From the NCBI RefSeq assembly GCF_009914755.1, contig NC_060932.1: a stretch of 64,000 bases of DNA; one strand, written 5' to 3'. Below the pieces are notes generated by a model that made no database searches, was not told the DNA's origin, and saw only the letters and a list, made by a program, of their open reading frames with translations. Each line of letters opens with the position of its first letter. Position 1 is the stretch's first letter. Source of the stretch: the human T2T-CHM13v2.0 reference genome, Homo sapiens. Shown piece after piece: positions 1 through 14,326 of the stretch. The position numbers and the translations under genes were made by a program.

Positions 1-1989
1 TATTGTCTAATGCAGGATTATTCCAGAAATGTATTAGTGCCAAAATGACCAATGTGATACACACTGAACTTTTACCTAATGCACTGGTTCTGGTCCTTTT
101 TGCTTTTGTTCCACCATAAATCCTCCAGCAGCTTTCATTTTTGAGGATAACGGTCTTTTTTCTCATTTCTATTTCATCTTATTTCCCAATCAATCTCACC
201 TTAAAATTAACCCAGGTTAGCACTTCATATGATGCTCATCATATATGAAATTCTATAGATCGTCCTTGGATCCACATTTTAGAGGTACTCTTCATTATAA
301 TGCTACTTTCAATGAATTCTTACCTTTGACATATTGAGACTACAAAATACTTTGCATTTATAGATCTTATTGAATTCATGACTATTACCTACACAGCAGC
401 AAATCATGAAAATTAGAGTTAGAAAAGTCTTATTAGGACTGCGAGTCCATCCCCAGAGGTTATCTAAGAATGTTACTTATAATTCAGCATTTATTAAGTC
501 CTCAAAATGGACTAGGTTCTTTACAGAACAAAGAGCTACACAGAGTTTCAGCCCAAGTTATTTACAATAATGCACCATCACCCTGTCCATTTTTCTCTTT
601 AAAGGGCTCCACAAATGGGGCTTCTAATGTGAGCTCCACAAACAAAGATTGTATGGCTTGATAAATTTTTCTTACGAGAATCAGGAACAAAATAAACATA
701 TAGAATATGAACTCTGGGAATAACTTCTTTCAAAGTTTCATCCAATTTTCTTTTCTATATTTAAGTAGGACAGAAGAAAACCAATTCACAGTCTACATCA
801 TTTCCTACTTTGTAATAATTGAATAGCTGAATAATGTCTCCACACTCCTTTTCTTCTGCTTTCTTCATCTCCCTCTTTCAATGAGAATACATTTGTATAC
901 ATACCTATCATTTAATAAAATACATTATACAGTGCTTAACATATAGTGGGCACACAATACATTTTTGTTAAATAGATGTATAATAAGTACACATTTTTTG
1001 GATAACGTGATTGTGGTATGCCTGACTCATCTTTGCAGAACAGTATGCCAGTACTTTGAATATTCACTCTGCTTTAAAAAATCTGCTGGATCAAATGCAC
1101 AGTTCTTCAACACACCTCAAAAATACATAGATTCACAAGTCATAGATAATTTAAGTTAACGAATATTCACACCAAGATTTTGATTGTCATTTAAAAATTA
1201 TTTTAACTAAAATATACCACTGTCCACCAGGGGAGTTTTAAAATATACCATTGTCACTGGGAGGATGAGTGGTAGAAACTACCAAGATAACTAATAATGT
1301 CCCCCCCCCACCTCTTTTTTTTTTAATGTTTACTGAATTAATTGAACTGGAAAGTTATTGGTCTCAGACATAGATACGTAATTTAAATAAATATGCAGGT
1401 GCTGTGGAAACTATATAGCCAGTTGATGAACTGAATATATTACTACATTTCACTGCTTGTTTCAGGATCTATGTATTCAATGCAAAAACCTCAGGGTGCA
1501 ATTTGTAACTCATTCTTTCATCTTGGCTCTGGAAATAGAGTAATAATTATTCTTTTAAAAAAAACCCTGTGATATTTGCCATACAATAAATAAAACACTG
1601 ATCTTCTATTTTCCTGCCAAAGGCAAATGGACATTGAGCAGTAGTATTTCTTTTCCAAATGCTCTCTTGACCTATCATACCCTTTCTCGTATCCTCCTTA
1701 TGGAACTCCCACCCCAACCAAACAGTAGACACATGGAGATGTATCACCAATGCATTTGCCTGAAAATGAAAATATTTGTCATAAAGTAAGTCTAATATTC
1801 TGAAATTGATGTTCACTAGAAGTGAATAAACAAAGCATGAAAAGATTTGCAATTGAAAGTACAAAGATCATCACTATTTAGATTAAGTGATAGGCAATTG
1901 CAGTAAAACTTCGCTGCATTAGAAACCTCATTTAGGAATACGTTAGCTAAATATTACAATAGCTATGAAAGAAATCTCTACAGCTCTGG

Positions 1990-2780
1990 TTTGCTAGTCA
2001 GAAATCTGTGGCCTCAGATCTGCCACTAATTAACCATGTGAACTCCTGAAATGCACACGCTTTTTTATGGTTTTAGCTTATTTGTTTATGAAATAAAAAA
2101 GATTGAAGTAGGTGATTTCCAGGATTTTTGCTGCTAATAAATCCCAGGCTTTCAAAATGTCACACTTTCAAGAAATACACTTTCTACATTTTGATATATT
2201 ATAGCAGATATGATTTGACTCTTGGTATCATAACTATATAAAATAAAAATCTTTTTATGACATTAAACACCCATAAGGCAGATAAAAAGAATTTCTTTCC
2301 TTAGTAATCATTAGCATTTAATCTTTTCTGCTTTCCTATGACCCTGTAAGAAAGGCATGGATATCCTTCACTTTCCAGATGAGGAAACTGAAGTTCAAAG
2401 AAGATAAAGAACATATTCTGTCAAAGTTTCTAGTAAGAGGTGGAGTTGGGATTAGAATTCATGTCTAACTGCAAAACCTGTGCTTTACATCATAACAGAC
2501 TGGATTTTAAGCAACAAATTAGAGTTTGGTGCTGTATTTATAATTTTCTATTCTTTTTTTATTCCAGGAGCCACTGAAACATAATGATATGTAATATATT
2601 TTTGTGTTTACATTGTGCCAGACATTGTTCTAAGCACTTGACGTGTGTTATGCCATTTACATTTACAATAATCTTAAGTGAAAAGAGAGGGGAACAAAGA
2701 GAAAGAGAGGTCAAAGTCATATAACAACTAAGTAGGAGATGAAGATTCAGATTCGAATCCCTATTTCTGATGCAAGAACT
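1990..2780. mobile_element. Cluster of degraded MIR SINE fragments
   Basis: MIR core-like motifs, e.g. 'cagatgaggaaactgaagttcaaag' (~2376) and 'tgtgccagacattgttctaagcact' (~2614); boundaries approximate. Confidence 0.55.
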
Positions 2781-3984
2781 TGCTACCTCATACTGTCTCT
2801 ACATGAAACACCTCTGGATTTACACTGAAATGCTTTCTTAAATAAATGGAGAAAATGCTTACAAAGCAAAGTCCCTGCATAGTTATCTGAAAGAAAAGAA
2901 AAGTATTTTGGGGGTTAGGTCTTATTGTGGGTCCTACTTCCTAGCATTTCAAAACATAAAGTATGTAGTCAAATCTCTGCTCTCTCATACTCCAGACGGC
3001 TCCAAGACATTTCCGGGGCAATCAGTTATTGCCTCTTATGTTCTTGCTCTACTGCCTCTTTGAACTTTGGCAGTAAAATCGCTAACCTGCTTCCATTCCA
3101 TATGAGGCACCTGACAGCCTTAAATGTATGTGGGTCATCACAATAGTGAAGGTGTGCCTTATTACTGAACACATTGAGTATTAAGCAACTGAGTATTTAG
3201 TAAGTATTAATAGTATGTACATTGGATATGTACCAAATGAATCGTACTTTGTGTATTTTAATATACAAGCACCAAATAGCATGTGAGTATGTACATAAAA
3301 CAGAGACTTTTTGTTTCACTTCAAATGTACTTGCACTGGATTTTCAGTTTTTATATATCAAGTTCTTATAAAGGATGGCATAGCAGAAAAATGGAGTGTT
3401 TAGAAAAATCAATTTTGAAGCTCTCTTTTTAAGGAAAAGTGCCATTACACACCCTGCTGACATTCCCCTTTTGGTAGGATCTGTATTTATATTAAACATA
3501 CCTAAAAGTATCATCTTCGGTGGGTAGAATGCATAGTCTCCCATGACCCAGAAATGCTCAGTTGTTTGTTTCCTTGCAAGGGTTATGCTTCTGGTTGTGA
3601 CACACTGAATAAATCCATCATAATTTTGTCATAAAGTAGTATCCCAATTTATATTCTTTAGCCCTAGCAATCATACTGTGTCCGCAGATAAAAATGACAT
3701 GAAAGAAAACAACTAGCTACTGACTGAATTCAACAAAAGTTCCCCTTTACCATCTTCCAACAACCAGTTCACTCCATGCATCCACATTCCCAAGCTAGTT
3801 TGTACATATAAGCGTAGTAAGACATATTTAGCCTCTTAGAATATTTCGCCTTACCCAGTAAAAAGGACAAGGGTTATTGACTGATTACCCCCTTAATTTG
3901 ATAAATACTGACTATCAATCTTAATTTTTTTAGGCTCTGACACGTTGAGAATCTGGAAAGACTTTAACAGCTCTATAGAACTCG

Positions 3985-4355
3985 CTGTTTCTTCTACCTG
4001 GAATGCTCCCCCTACAATTATCTGTATAGCTCACTACCTTTTCTACTTCACTGCATAAATGTCTATTTCACTGCATATTTTGCTGCATAAATGTCATTTT
4101 ATGCTTAAGGCTTACTCTGGTCAGCTCATTTTAACTTACCACTGTACTTTCTATTTCTTTCTCAATTAATTTCCTCAGTGGCACTATTCCGTCCAACTTT
4201 CCATATTTTTTTTCTTGTTTTTATGCTACCTTTCACCACTAGAATGTAAATTCCATGAAGGCAGAGAGTTTACACTGTTTTGCTCACTACTGCATTCCCA
4301 GTGCCTAGGGCCCATAGTGGGTGCTCAATAAATATTTATTGAATGACTGAAAGAA
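3985..4355 (+). mobile_element. L2 LINE 3' end
   Basis: 'agaatgtaaattccatgaaggcagag...cagtgcctagg...gtgctcaataaatatttattgaatgactga', typical L2 terminus. Confidence 0.75.
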
Positions 4356-4744
4356 TGATATTCCCAAAATGTATGTTTGAATATCCTGTAATGTCCAAGG
4401 TTTATATTCAAATGTAGCTTCTAACAGGGATACACTGTATCCAAAGGTATATTTTCTTTTCCTAATTATAACAAAAGTGTTTGTTGTAAAATCCAGAGTC
4501 TTTCTTTCAAAGACTTCAAATATCCAGGAAACTTACAGCTGCATGATCTATGTTCTAGTCTTGGTCTACCATTGCCTACAGCAGGGTGACCTTGTTCAAG
4601 TCACTTAGATTCTTAGAGCCTCTATTTTATGGTAATATAAAATAAAGAATGTAAACTAAATGTTCTTTTTACTTTATTTTATACTCTGAAATTCTATGAT
4701 TCTTTAAGGTAGTTTCTTCTATCCCTCAAATATTTGTTTTCCTT

Positions 4745-4965
4745 TTGAAATTTTAATTTTAAAAAGTGTATATATTTATGAGGTACAATGTGACATTTCA
4801 GTACATATGTAATTATCATTTCTTTGTGGTGGGAACATTTAAAATCCACTCTTTTTAGCAATTTTAAAATATACAATACATTACCATTAACTACAGTCAC
4901 CTTGCCATGCAGTAGATCACCAGAACTTATTCCTCCTGTCTAACTGAAACTCAATACCCTTATCA
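4745..4965 (-). mobile_element. L1MA-type 3' end fragment
   Basis: 'aacatttaaaatccactctttttagcaatttt...aatacattaccattaactacagtcacc...cagaacttattcctcctgtctaactgaaac'. Confidence 0.75.
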
Positions 4966-6021
4966 ATCAAGTGTTTTAATCATTCCATGTGTATAGACAT
5001 GTAGTGGTTAATCCAAAAGATATACAGAAGATGTAAGACCTAGTGCTAAGACTGTAGTTATAAGAAATAAAGAATCAGGAAGATCTATTATCCAGGATTT
5101 TATATGTAAATTTATGTGAAAGTTACTTAAAAAAACCAAATGCTTCTGCTTCCTTGCCATTTCTCATACCATTGACAGTTCTGAACTTGTGAATTACACC
5201 CTACATGAGCACAGCTCCTTAACTCATTTTTTATCCCGATTACAAAGCCACTGAACTGTCTTTTCATCTTGGATGCTCCATTGAACATACTATACAATTT
5301 TTCAACACCATAATTTGATCTGAGAACATCTGCAAAAAATCAGGAGCACATTTTTTCCCCTTCTCGGCACTTGACTGCAAACCTCACATTTCAGACATTG
5401 TTCCACAGTTCTCTGACATATTATTGAGCAAACCATCAGCTACACTTCTGTTTTGGAAGGTGTCAACATGAATAGAAAATGAGCCAGACTCACATCATCA
5501 TTAACAGAATTAATTACCTGCTTAACTTTGTTTCTTCTAGAAATAAGAATCTCTTGACATTTTCTCTGATGTTATTCTCTATTTAAAATGGCTTCTTATA
5601 ACAATTGAGATTATTTATTTATATATTTATTTTTTCCAAATAATCTGAGTTTCCTGGAAAGAACTGCAAAGTTTTCTCTGAGGCTGGTGCTTCAATAGGT
5701 GAAAGTTCCAACATAAGGAAGTTCAACAGACAATTCAAATTTTATCTCAGTCACACACACATAAAACCTAACAGTTATCTCCTCTTACTTTCATTCCATG
5801 CCTACGAGTCTTCTAGGCCTCATTTCCTCCTTCGCACAGAAATTCAATGAGAAAAGCCACCACATTATTTGATTCAAAACTCCCTACTTTTCTCCTTTCT
5901 TTCCTACTTGCAACCTACTATGCATTTATTTTCATCTTATTTTCATGTGGAGTCCCTCCATCTGCTACTTTTCTCCATTATTTCTTTTCATCCTTACTGT
6001 ATTTTATTTATTTTCTAATTC

Positions 6022-6400
6022 TATATTGGTTCGCTAGGGCTCCCATTACAAAATACCATGGTCTGGTTGGCTTAAACAAAGGCATTTATTTTCTCAGAGT
6101 TCTAGAGGCTGGGTGTGCAAGAGTAAGGTGTCAGCAGGATTGGTTTCTTCTGAAGCTTTTTCCTTGGCTTGTCTATGGTTACCTCTCACTGGATCTTCAA
6201 ATGGTCTTCTCTTTCTGTGTGTTTCCATCTTCTAATCTCCTCTTCTTAGAGACGCCAGTCACATTGTATTAGGACCACCTATATAACCTCATTTCATCTT
6301 TGTCACCTCTTTAAAGGTCTATTTTCAACAACAGGCAAATTTTGAGGTACTGGGGGTTAGGATTTCAACACATGAATTTTGGGGGAACACAATTTAACAC
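6022..6400 (-). mobile_element. MaLR solo LTR (MLT1A-like)
   Basis: 'ctagggctcccattacaaaataccat...ggcttaaacaa...tttattttctcagagttctagaggctgg...gaggtactgggggttaggatttcaacacatgaatttt'; homologous and antiparallel to the copy at 57745-58675. Confidence 0.8.
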
Positions 6401-8523
6401 CTAATTGTGTTTCTCATTTTTCTTTCTCTTTGCTTACTCAGCTACTTTTCTTCTATTCTTTCCTATTTTGTTTTTATAACTTATATTCTTATGTTGGTCT
6501 CTATCTTGCAGATCCACCCCCTTTGCAGGCCTCAGGGACACTACTTTCCTGGGTCACTCCTCCTTCCAAGCATCCCAGCAAACAACCAAACCCTGTGGCT
6601 TTTTGTCTTGAGACTGAAGAGGGAAGTTGGGAGATAAGATGAGACAGCAATCATGTACGTCCACTCCATCATGAACCAGATCCCAGGAAGTCTTCTGTGG
6701 CCAATCTACTGTTACAGCCAATAACAGGAAAGGAGGCAGAAAGACCAGCCTGCCAAATTTTGATCTTTGCGTTCATTTCCATAAAGAATTAGATGTGTAC
6801 TATCAACTTTGTTCATTTTAAATTTGCTGCTGACTCTTCACATTTAATAACTGAGCAGAAATACATCTATTCTGCTTTCAAGTCTACTATCTTTACAAGA
6901 GAAATTGTTATTGATCTAATCAATTACCTGCCGAAACACTGCACGGTGATGCTGAACCATAGGCTTCACACTAGGTAGCCAGAGAGTCCCAGAGAAGTTA
7001 TCCATGTTTTCCTTACTTAGAGGTGCAGGGAGACTGACAGTCAGTTCCCAAATATCCCTTTCTGCTCTAGGAAGTTTGACCCCCATTCTCTTGCTTCAAG
7101 TGTTTACTGAATCTGAGCCTTCATTCTCTTTTTAAATCTAGAGTACAAGAGAAATACCACTGCTCTGGAGACATACTGTGATGTGTCGAGTTAGTTCTGA
7201 GTTTCCCAGGAGGCAGAGAAAGCCTCTGTTTAGGGCACCCTGCAAACCAGGAACACCAAAAAGATGTTCGAAAGGTTTTTATGTTTATTAATTATATATA
7301 TATTTTAAGTCATTGTTTTTCCTTTCTGTCCTGTGAACAATGACATATTTTGTAAAAGCATCAGATGAGTCATCTTTGGGAAAAAAATAAGATCTTTATT
7401 AGACTTCTTTCTTTTACTTTACATCTTGGTATTATTATTTTGTAATTTCGAATTAAACATGTGAAAAGAATGGGCACAGCCTAAGATTTTTAGTGCCACT
7501 CTTTCTGTCTTAGTTCAACTTGCTTTATATTTAAAGTGCAATTCTAAATGATAAATTCTTTATTTTAAACAAACTTGAATGGAACCAGTATTTTAACTGG
7601 TCTTGAATAGATTTAGTTTTTAGAAGGCACTGAATTTAAGACATCAATAAAAAATGTGATTCAGAATATTCACTGGTTCTGGGCTTGCAGTGTTTTTGTT
7701 CCTTTGTAAGTTGTATATACATTTTTAAACTCTCTTAAATTCTTACCTATTGGTGTGTCTCTAAGTATTTCTTTCATGTAAACTAATCCAACAGGAATTT
7801 CTAAGAGGGACAGCTCAATCCTTGGCCTAACCCCAACTGCAGACTTCAGCTCCATCGAGAAACTAAGACAAACCTTCTTCCCATTGGGGGGAATTTAAAG
7901 AACTCTAGGTTAAGAGAAACAGCAACAACAAAAATATCCAGTTAGCCTCTTTGCCCTTCTTAGTCTCAAGATCCAGTAACTGAATCCTGGTATTGGTGAA
8001 CTTCCCAGTCCCTAGGGCATTGTAGCCTTTCTCCCACTCTTCCTAAAGAACTTCCTTTCAGTTCCTGCAGTACAATGGCTTTTCACCACAGATGTTCATT
8101 CCACCTAAAGACAACACTGGGAGGAGATTTGTAGCAGATATTAACCCATTTTTCTAAGTATTTTCTACCAGTTCTACCAATGAGAAAATTAAAGCTCAGT
8201 GACTTTTCCAAGGTCCCATGTCTTAAAGCCAGATCTTCTGATTTGGCCTATAGATACTGTGCTCACCTCTGCTTCACACCATCGCCTTCTAGATAGTGTG
8301 CTTCCATGTTCCACAACAAATTTTGACACCCAAATCAGAAAATTTTAAATGGGATTTAGTCACCCTGGGTTATTCAAGAGCAAAAATTAGAAACATAGGT
8401 CAAAGAATCTGATCCAGACCAATCTATTCTGAGTCAACTTTTGACTCTCTGGGTGACTGTGGGCCCATCCCTTAACCTCCAGGACTCAGTTTCCTCATTT
8501 CTAAAATCAGGGAGGTGTTCACA

Positions 8524-8715
8524 CAGTGCTGCTCAAAGTGTGGCCGGCTGTCCTGTGAATACACTTCACCTGGGAACTTGTTCCAATGTAAGATCTCAGG
8601 CCTCACCTCAGACCTCCTGAATCAGATACTCTGGAGAATGGGACCAACATCTATGCTTTATACAGCCTTCCAAGTAATTTTGATACACACTAGAGTCTGC
8701 ATGTGTAAAACACTG
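8524..8715. mobile_element. MER5A-like hAT-Charlie MITE
   Basis: 'cagtgctgctcaaagtgtggcc...ctcaggcctcacctcagacctcctgaatcagatactctgg'. Confidence 0.7.
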
Positions 8716-8723
8716 ATAGAGAC

Positions 8724-9085
8724 CAGGGTTCAGAAAACTGCAGCTCTCAAGCTACCTATTTTTGGAAATAAAGTTTCATTGGAACACAGCCGTACTCATT
8801 GTTTATGTACCGTCTGTGTATGCTTTTGCACTCCATTGGTGATGTTGAGTAGTTGGGGCCAGGTGCAGTGGCTCAGGCCTGTAATCCCAGCACTGTGGAG
8901 GCTGAGGTGGGAGGATCACTTAAGCCCAAGAGTTGGAAGCTGCAGTGAGCTGTGAACACACCACTGCACTCCAGCCAGGGTGATAGAACAAAACCCTATT
9001 TCAATTAAAAAAAGAGATATATATGGCCCCTAGAGCCTAAATGTCTACTATCTGGCCCTTTGCAAAAAATGTTTGGCAACCTCTG
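8724..9085. mobile_element. MER58A-like hAT MITE interrupted by an Alu monomer
   Basis: 'aaataaagtttcattggaacacagcc...tatctggccctttgcaaaaaatgtttggcaacctctg'. Confidence 0.75.
8857..9013 (+). mobile_element. Free Alu monomer (FAM/FRAM-like)
   Basis: Single ~155-bp arm: 'ggccaggtgcagtggctc...ccactgcactccagcc...aaaaaaa', no second arm. Confidence 0.8.
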
Positions 9086-10319
9086 GCCTAAGCTACCCTT
9101 TAGTTAACCCACTAAACTAAAATTATCATATTTAAGGAGTTGGGCATCAATAATTGACCACTGGTCAGATTCTTCTGAAAATTTATCCTTAAACAATAAA
9201 TGAGATTAAAGACATAAAAGAATCTGATTGAAAACTGAAGAATGAGGCCTTGGAGCAGTTCATGTCCCTGTAGTCCAACACAGCCTCTGTGCTTGCCCTT
9301 TCTACTTCTGGGAAAGAGGAAGCCAGTATCAGCACCATTCTTGACCTCTTGCACTTCCCTTACCTTTCTTACATTGCTTTCAAAAGCCCAAGGTTGGAGA
9401 GTCTAATGCTGATCCCTAATCATGCCAATCAAAGCCATCTTTTGTTCATCTTCTCTTGCTCAGCAATTTGCAGTATAATTTTTGTCTGTTGAAAGCTGCA
9501 AAGCTCAAAAAGTAAGGCAAATACTAGAATAATGTAAGAATCAATGTTGTATTTACTAGAATCCTTCTTTTGGTTTATCTAAATATTTTTCACCCAAATG
9601 AACTTTAAATGACTTGTACACAGTGTATGTCCTCATCACTAGAAGAACTACTCGAATAATGCTGTTATTAATATGTATAGTCACACAAATTTGCCCCATG
9701 AATATAAATACACTCCCCACATAGTGTACCTACGTTTATGCTTATTTTCTAAAATAAACATCTCTCCACTTAACTGGAGTGATATGTACAATATTTAGCA
9801 GAATACTGAGCATGCAAAATGTACTAAAAATGATGCATATGTGATGATGCCAATATTAAGCATGTAGCAACATTACTGAAGGAAGCTCTCTGTAGTAAAG
9901 TCCACTAAGTGGAGCAACATCTTGCTGTGTGGAATAATGTGTGAAAGCTAGTGTATCACAGATATAGAAGCAAGTGATTCAAAGGAGTCTCTATTCAAAC
10001 CTCCAGAGGGATATAACTGCTTTTTAGTTTTAGCTTTTGTTTTAAATCAAAGCAAAGCAGTAACCATTTAAATAACCTTTTCAGGCAGAGTGTGTGTTTA
10101 CTCCTAAATCTGTCACTTACTAGGAAAAAAGACTGAATGGGTGGAGCTCCAGTGTGCCACCTTTCCTAGCAGGCACTCTGTCCTAAAGGAAGGAGGAGGA
10201 TTTATGAGTGGCCTTGGAGTCTAGTCCTCTGTAAGGTGATACTTTGGGCAGATGGGGAGAGGAAGTCATGCTGTCCTCACTATGTGGTAAGAGGTAAGAA
10301 TAAGAAATTCGAGGCATTG

Positions 10320-10605
10320 GGCCAGGCACAGTGGCTCATGCCTGTAATCCCAGCACTTTGGAAGGCCTAGGCAGGTGGATCAACTGAGGTCAGGAGTTTG
10401 AGACCAGCCTGACCAACATGGTGAAACCCCATCTCTACTAAACATACAAAAATTAGCCGGGCGTGGTGGCGCATGCCTGTAGTCCCAGCTCCTCAGGAGG
10501 AAGGAGAATCACTTGAACCCAGAAGGTGGAGGTTGCAGCAAGCCAAGATTGCACCATTGTACTCCAGCCAGGGTGACAGAGCAAGACACCATCTCAAAGA
10601 AAAAA
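10320..10605 (+). mobile_element. AluS (Sx/Sz-like)
   Basis: Dimeric Alu; 17-bp TSD aagaaatt(c/t)gaggcatt at 10302-10318 and 10606-10622. Confidence 0.95.
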
Positions 10606-11749
10606 AAGAAATTTGAGGCATTATTCTCAAATATCTTCATTTTACAGATGTACAATGAGATTCAGAAGAGCAGTGCTACTTACTTAAGGTCACAAAAGTA
10701 GTTAACCACAAGCCGAGACCATGTCCAAACCTCCGAATTCTCTACCTGTGTGGTATTTGGAGATGGGTAGAAGCTTAAGATAGTCAACTTGTAGTCAGCA
10801 TAGGAGGCTATAAAATAATCTATATCTGTAAAATCCTTCTTTCTTACACTGACTCATTAACCTCTAAAAAATGAGGTAGAAAATGAGCACTGATATCGAA
10901 GAGATTAATTATTATTACGAAGTCTGTCCTTTCCTTCTGCTCCTAGAGCTGCCCGTGCCCTATTTCACATCATCATAGGCCATTAGTCAAGTGGTAACAG
11001 GAACTTATGTATCACAGATAAGGCAAGTGATAAAGCCAAGGTAAACTTTCTGAGCCAGAAAGGATCTGAGAGGCCATCTATTCAAATGTCCCACCCATCA
11101 CAGAAATCTTCTCTGCAATGTTATTGTTGGTTGATGGACAATTTGACCTTTGCTTTACTATTTTGAGTGTCAGAAGTTTGCTTTATGCTGAGCCAATGTG
11201 GTCCATCACATAGTGCTGTTTATCTGGAAACTGGTGATCACACCTATATGGTGTGATTTATAAGCATTTCAAGATCTGCATGCAGATGTTCTGCTAAGCA
11301 GAGAGAGAGGTAACACGAATCCAGTAGTCCCATATGCTGCAAGTGATTGTCTAACATGGACAAAGGGGCATTTTTTGTACCTAACACTTGTAAGCAGTTG
11401 GACTGGGGGAAGATGGAGGAGAAAGGACACACAGGTTTGTTTTTTATACAGATGTGGTATAGACTAGTGGTGGCCCTACTGGTAATATGCATGCATAATG
11501 CTTCCAGACATCAAGTGAAGTCTGGAAGAAAGGGATGTAAGAATCCTGACCTGGGTACTCAAGCCCAGCAGTGCATTCTCCAATGTGCTAACTAGATAAA
11601 CCAATCTTTTGGTTTTATACCACGCCAGTGAGCTTCTGCATTCAACAAACACCAAAGTTGCTGTATTCTTTGAAAGGTAAAAGGAAGCAGGAGTTGGAGA
11701 CTTGGACAAGCTTAAAGACATAAGTAAAGAATGTACTGCTGGTGGTCTG

Positions 11750-12200
11750 CTGCTCTCCTGGTTTCTGAATGAGGCAGCATACCAGATTATTTTAGTATCT
11801 AGGCTCCAATCTAATTTTCCAGCCTCATTTCCCACCATCGGACTCCTCCTTTACCTTATTCACCACTCCCCTTCACCAAACCGATACCACCTTCCTTTGT
11901 TCCAGCTGTACTATGCTTTCTTCCAATGCACAAACCCCAGGCTCTTTGGCTCAAAAACCTTCTATGCCAGACTTTTCCCTCTGCTTTATCCAGCCTGTCC
12001 TCTGGGGTTGACGTGGCATGCTCCCACGCATACTCCTGACCCAGCTCAGAGGGTGTCACCTTTGTGAAGCATGCCCTCCTCCAAGGTGAGGGCAAAGGCA
12101 GCTGTTTCCATACCTCTCAGGTTTCCAAGATGGAGACTGTTTCTTACTTACTTTATGTGCTTGATATTTAGAATGAATACACAAATATTCAGTTGCATGT
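11750..12200 (+). mobile_element. Degraded L2 fragment
   Basis: Pyrimidine-rich L2-like text ('ttccagcctcatttcccacc...cctttgtgaagcatgccct...acaaatattcagttg'). Confidence 0.5.
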
Positions 12201-13978
12201 AAGTGCAAATCAGGACTAAGACAGTCTTTCCCTGGAATTAGTTTTCATGTGGTTGTAATGTTCCTACACTATCTTCCCATGTTTTATTCCCAAATTTCTG
12301 AAATTCTAAATCTATAGGATCTTTAGAATTTTAGTTTTTTGTATCTAAAATTGAGGCAATGGCATAAATACCTTATAGGCTTAGAGCATTAAATGATAAC
12401 ATGTATTACAATGCTTACCAAAGTGCCTGGTACATGAACAGGGGCTCAGTTATTATTAGTTTATGTTTCATTCTTATGGTGCTTATGCTTTTATTGATTG
12501 TTCTATTGATTTTTGATCAATTTTGACTATCTGTTTATATAATTATTCTAATCAGACTGAAGAGGGGATTTATGAGATAGTAAGAAAGGCTAAGCTTCTA
12601 CAGCTAAAACAGGAAATCACTGGCCTTACACTAAAAAGAAAAGAAATGTAACATCAAAGGAGAAAATTTTGGCTTTAAGTTGTGACCCACATATTTCTTA
12701 GCAGGTACTTGTTGCTTTGACGTTTTTGAAAACTAACTTCCAGTTCTAAAGTTTCCAGAATCCCATGACTGGCTTTCAAAGACTCCATACTCCTACCTCC
12801 AGGGAGAATTGAGACACACCATGTAGGGTCAAATGGCGGCTCTGCACTTGATCCATTTCCCTTTGTGGCTTCTTGCAAAAGCTCAATATTGGCACTATAT
12901 CTAGGACTCAATATTGTCCTAGGTATAGCCCAGATATTTCACACGGTGTTTAAGTCCATTTTCATTGCTCTGAATTTAGCTGGCATTGAGATCACCCATC
13001 ACCTTCTTCTGGATAAAATTTATTTTATAATAAATTCAAATCATAGGTGATGATTTAAGCATTTCCTTCATGAGCCAAAATTATCCCATTCCTTACAGAC
13101 CCCATTTGCATCATATTTTTAAACTCTACCTAGTCTGATTTAAAAATCACTCAAAAACTTATCAAAATGGTGCCTTAAATATGAAAACCAGTGTCATTGC
13201 TGCATTTGTATGTCTCAAATAATAAGTTTAACCTTATTCAGATCTGTCACAATTATTTGTTAGGCTGAAAGCTATTGACTATTAATGGTAATTACTTGCT
13301 TAAGGAGTCCCTCCCCAGGTTCTGAATTTCAAATCACAGCACCTCCAGGCTTACTGGCAGGGGCTATGACAGGGGCTGAGCCAAGAGTGGGGAGCTGAAG
13401 CTGCAGGCATTTCCTCTGGGAGGCACCCAAGGAGACTGATGGAATCACAGATAGTCTTTACCCAAACACCAAGCCTACCTGACAGGAACCACACAGCAAC
13501 TCAAAGGGTCCTGAAGCAAGAGCAATGCATTTTAAACATACTCCCAGCCTTCCCTCTCTCAGTAACAGATTAGACTTGTCAGTTTCTCCAAGCAGATTTA
13601 GTGAGGACATTACCAATGTTAATGATCTGTGCTTGCCACAGGAGGAAGACACTGGAAGCAGAGTTTGGTAGGGCCCAGGGAAGGCTTTCGTTTTCTTTTC
13701 TTTTTCTTTGCCTGCATGGTAGCACGACAAGTGCTGCTTCTCCACAGTCATCCCCCTCTCAAGTTTGGGGAATCTCAGATGATATGATGTGAAAATCTCA
13801 TATATTTTACTCCTCAACAGACTGGCCAATACTTACCCACTGTTTACTCCTATGCTCTGGTTCAATTTAGGAAAATCAGGGGAATTATCCTCTATAAGCA
13901 GTGCATGTGCTGGGAGAAAAAGAGGGGAAGATGTTTTACAGGATGCAGGCTCTCCAAGGTTGCCCATTGAGAGGTAAT

Positions 13979-14326
13979 TTTGTTGTTGTTATTGTTGTTT
14001 TTGTTTTTTTGTGTGTTTTTGTTGTTGTTGTTGTTGTTTGGTTTTTTTGAGACGGAGTCTTGCTCTGTCACCTAGGCTGGAGTGCCAGTGGTGCAATCTC
14101 GGCTCACTGAAACCTCTGCCTCCCAGGTTCAAGCAATTCTCTTGACCCAGCCTCCCAAGTAGCTGGGATTACAGACACGTGCCACCACGCCCAGCTAATT
14201 TTTGTATTTTTAGTAGAGACAGGGTTTCACTATGTTGGCCAGGCTGGTCTCAAACTCACGATCTCAGGTGATCCACCCACCTTAGCCTCCCGAAGTGCTG
14301 GGATTACAGGTGTGAGCCACCCGGCC
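13979..14326 (-). mobile_element. AluS with (CAA)n-rich tail (GTT repeats on + strand)
   Basis: Reverse Alu 'gagacggagtcttgctctgtcacc...ggattacaggtgtgagccacc'; GTT/T-rich tail 13979-14048. Confidence 0.95.

Noticed and set aside
5847-6642. Hydrophobic ORFs suggesting a membrane protein
   Set aside because: T-rich low-complexity DNA plus MLT1 LTR; no gene structure
12675-12911. 78-aa ORF and YY1-like 'caaatggcggc' in unique DNA
   Set aside because: No recognisable homology or exon boundaries; a single short motif is expected by chance
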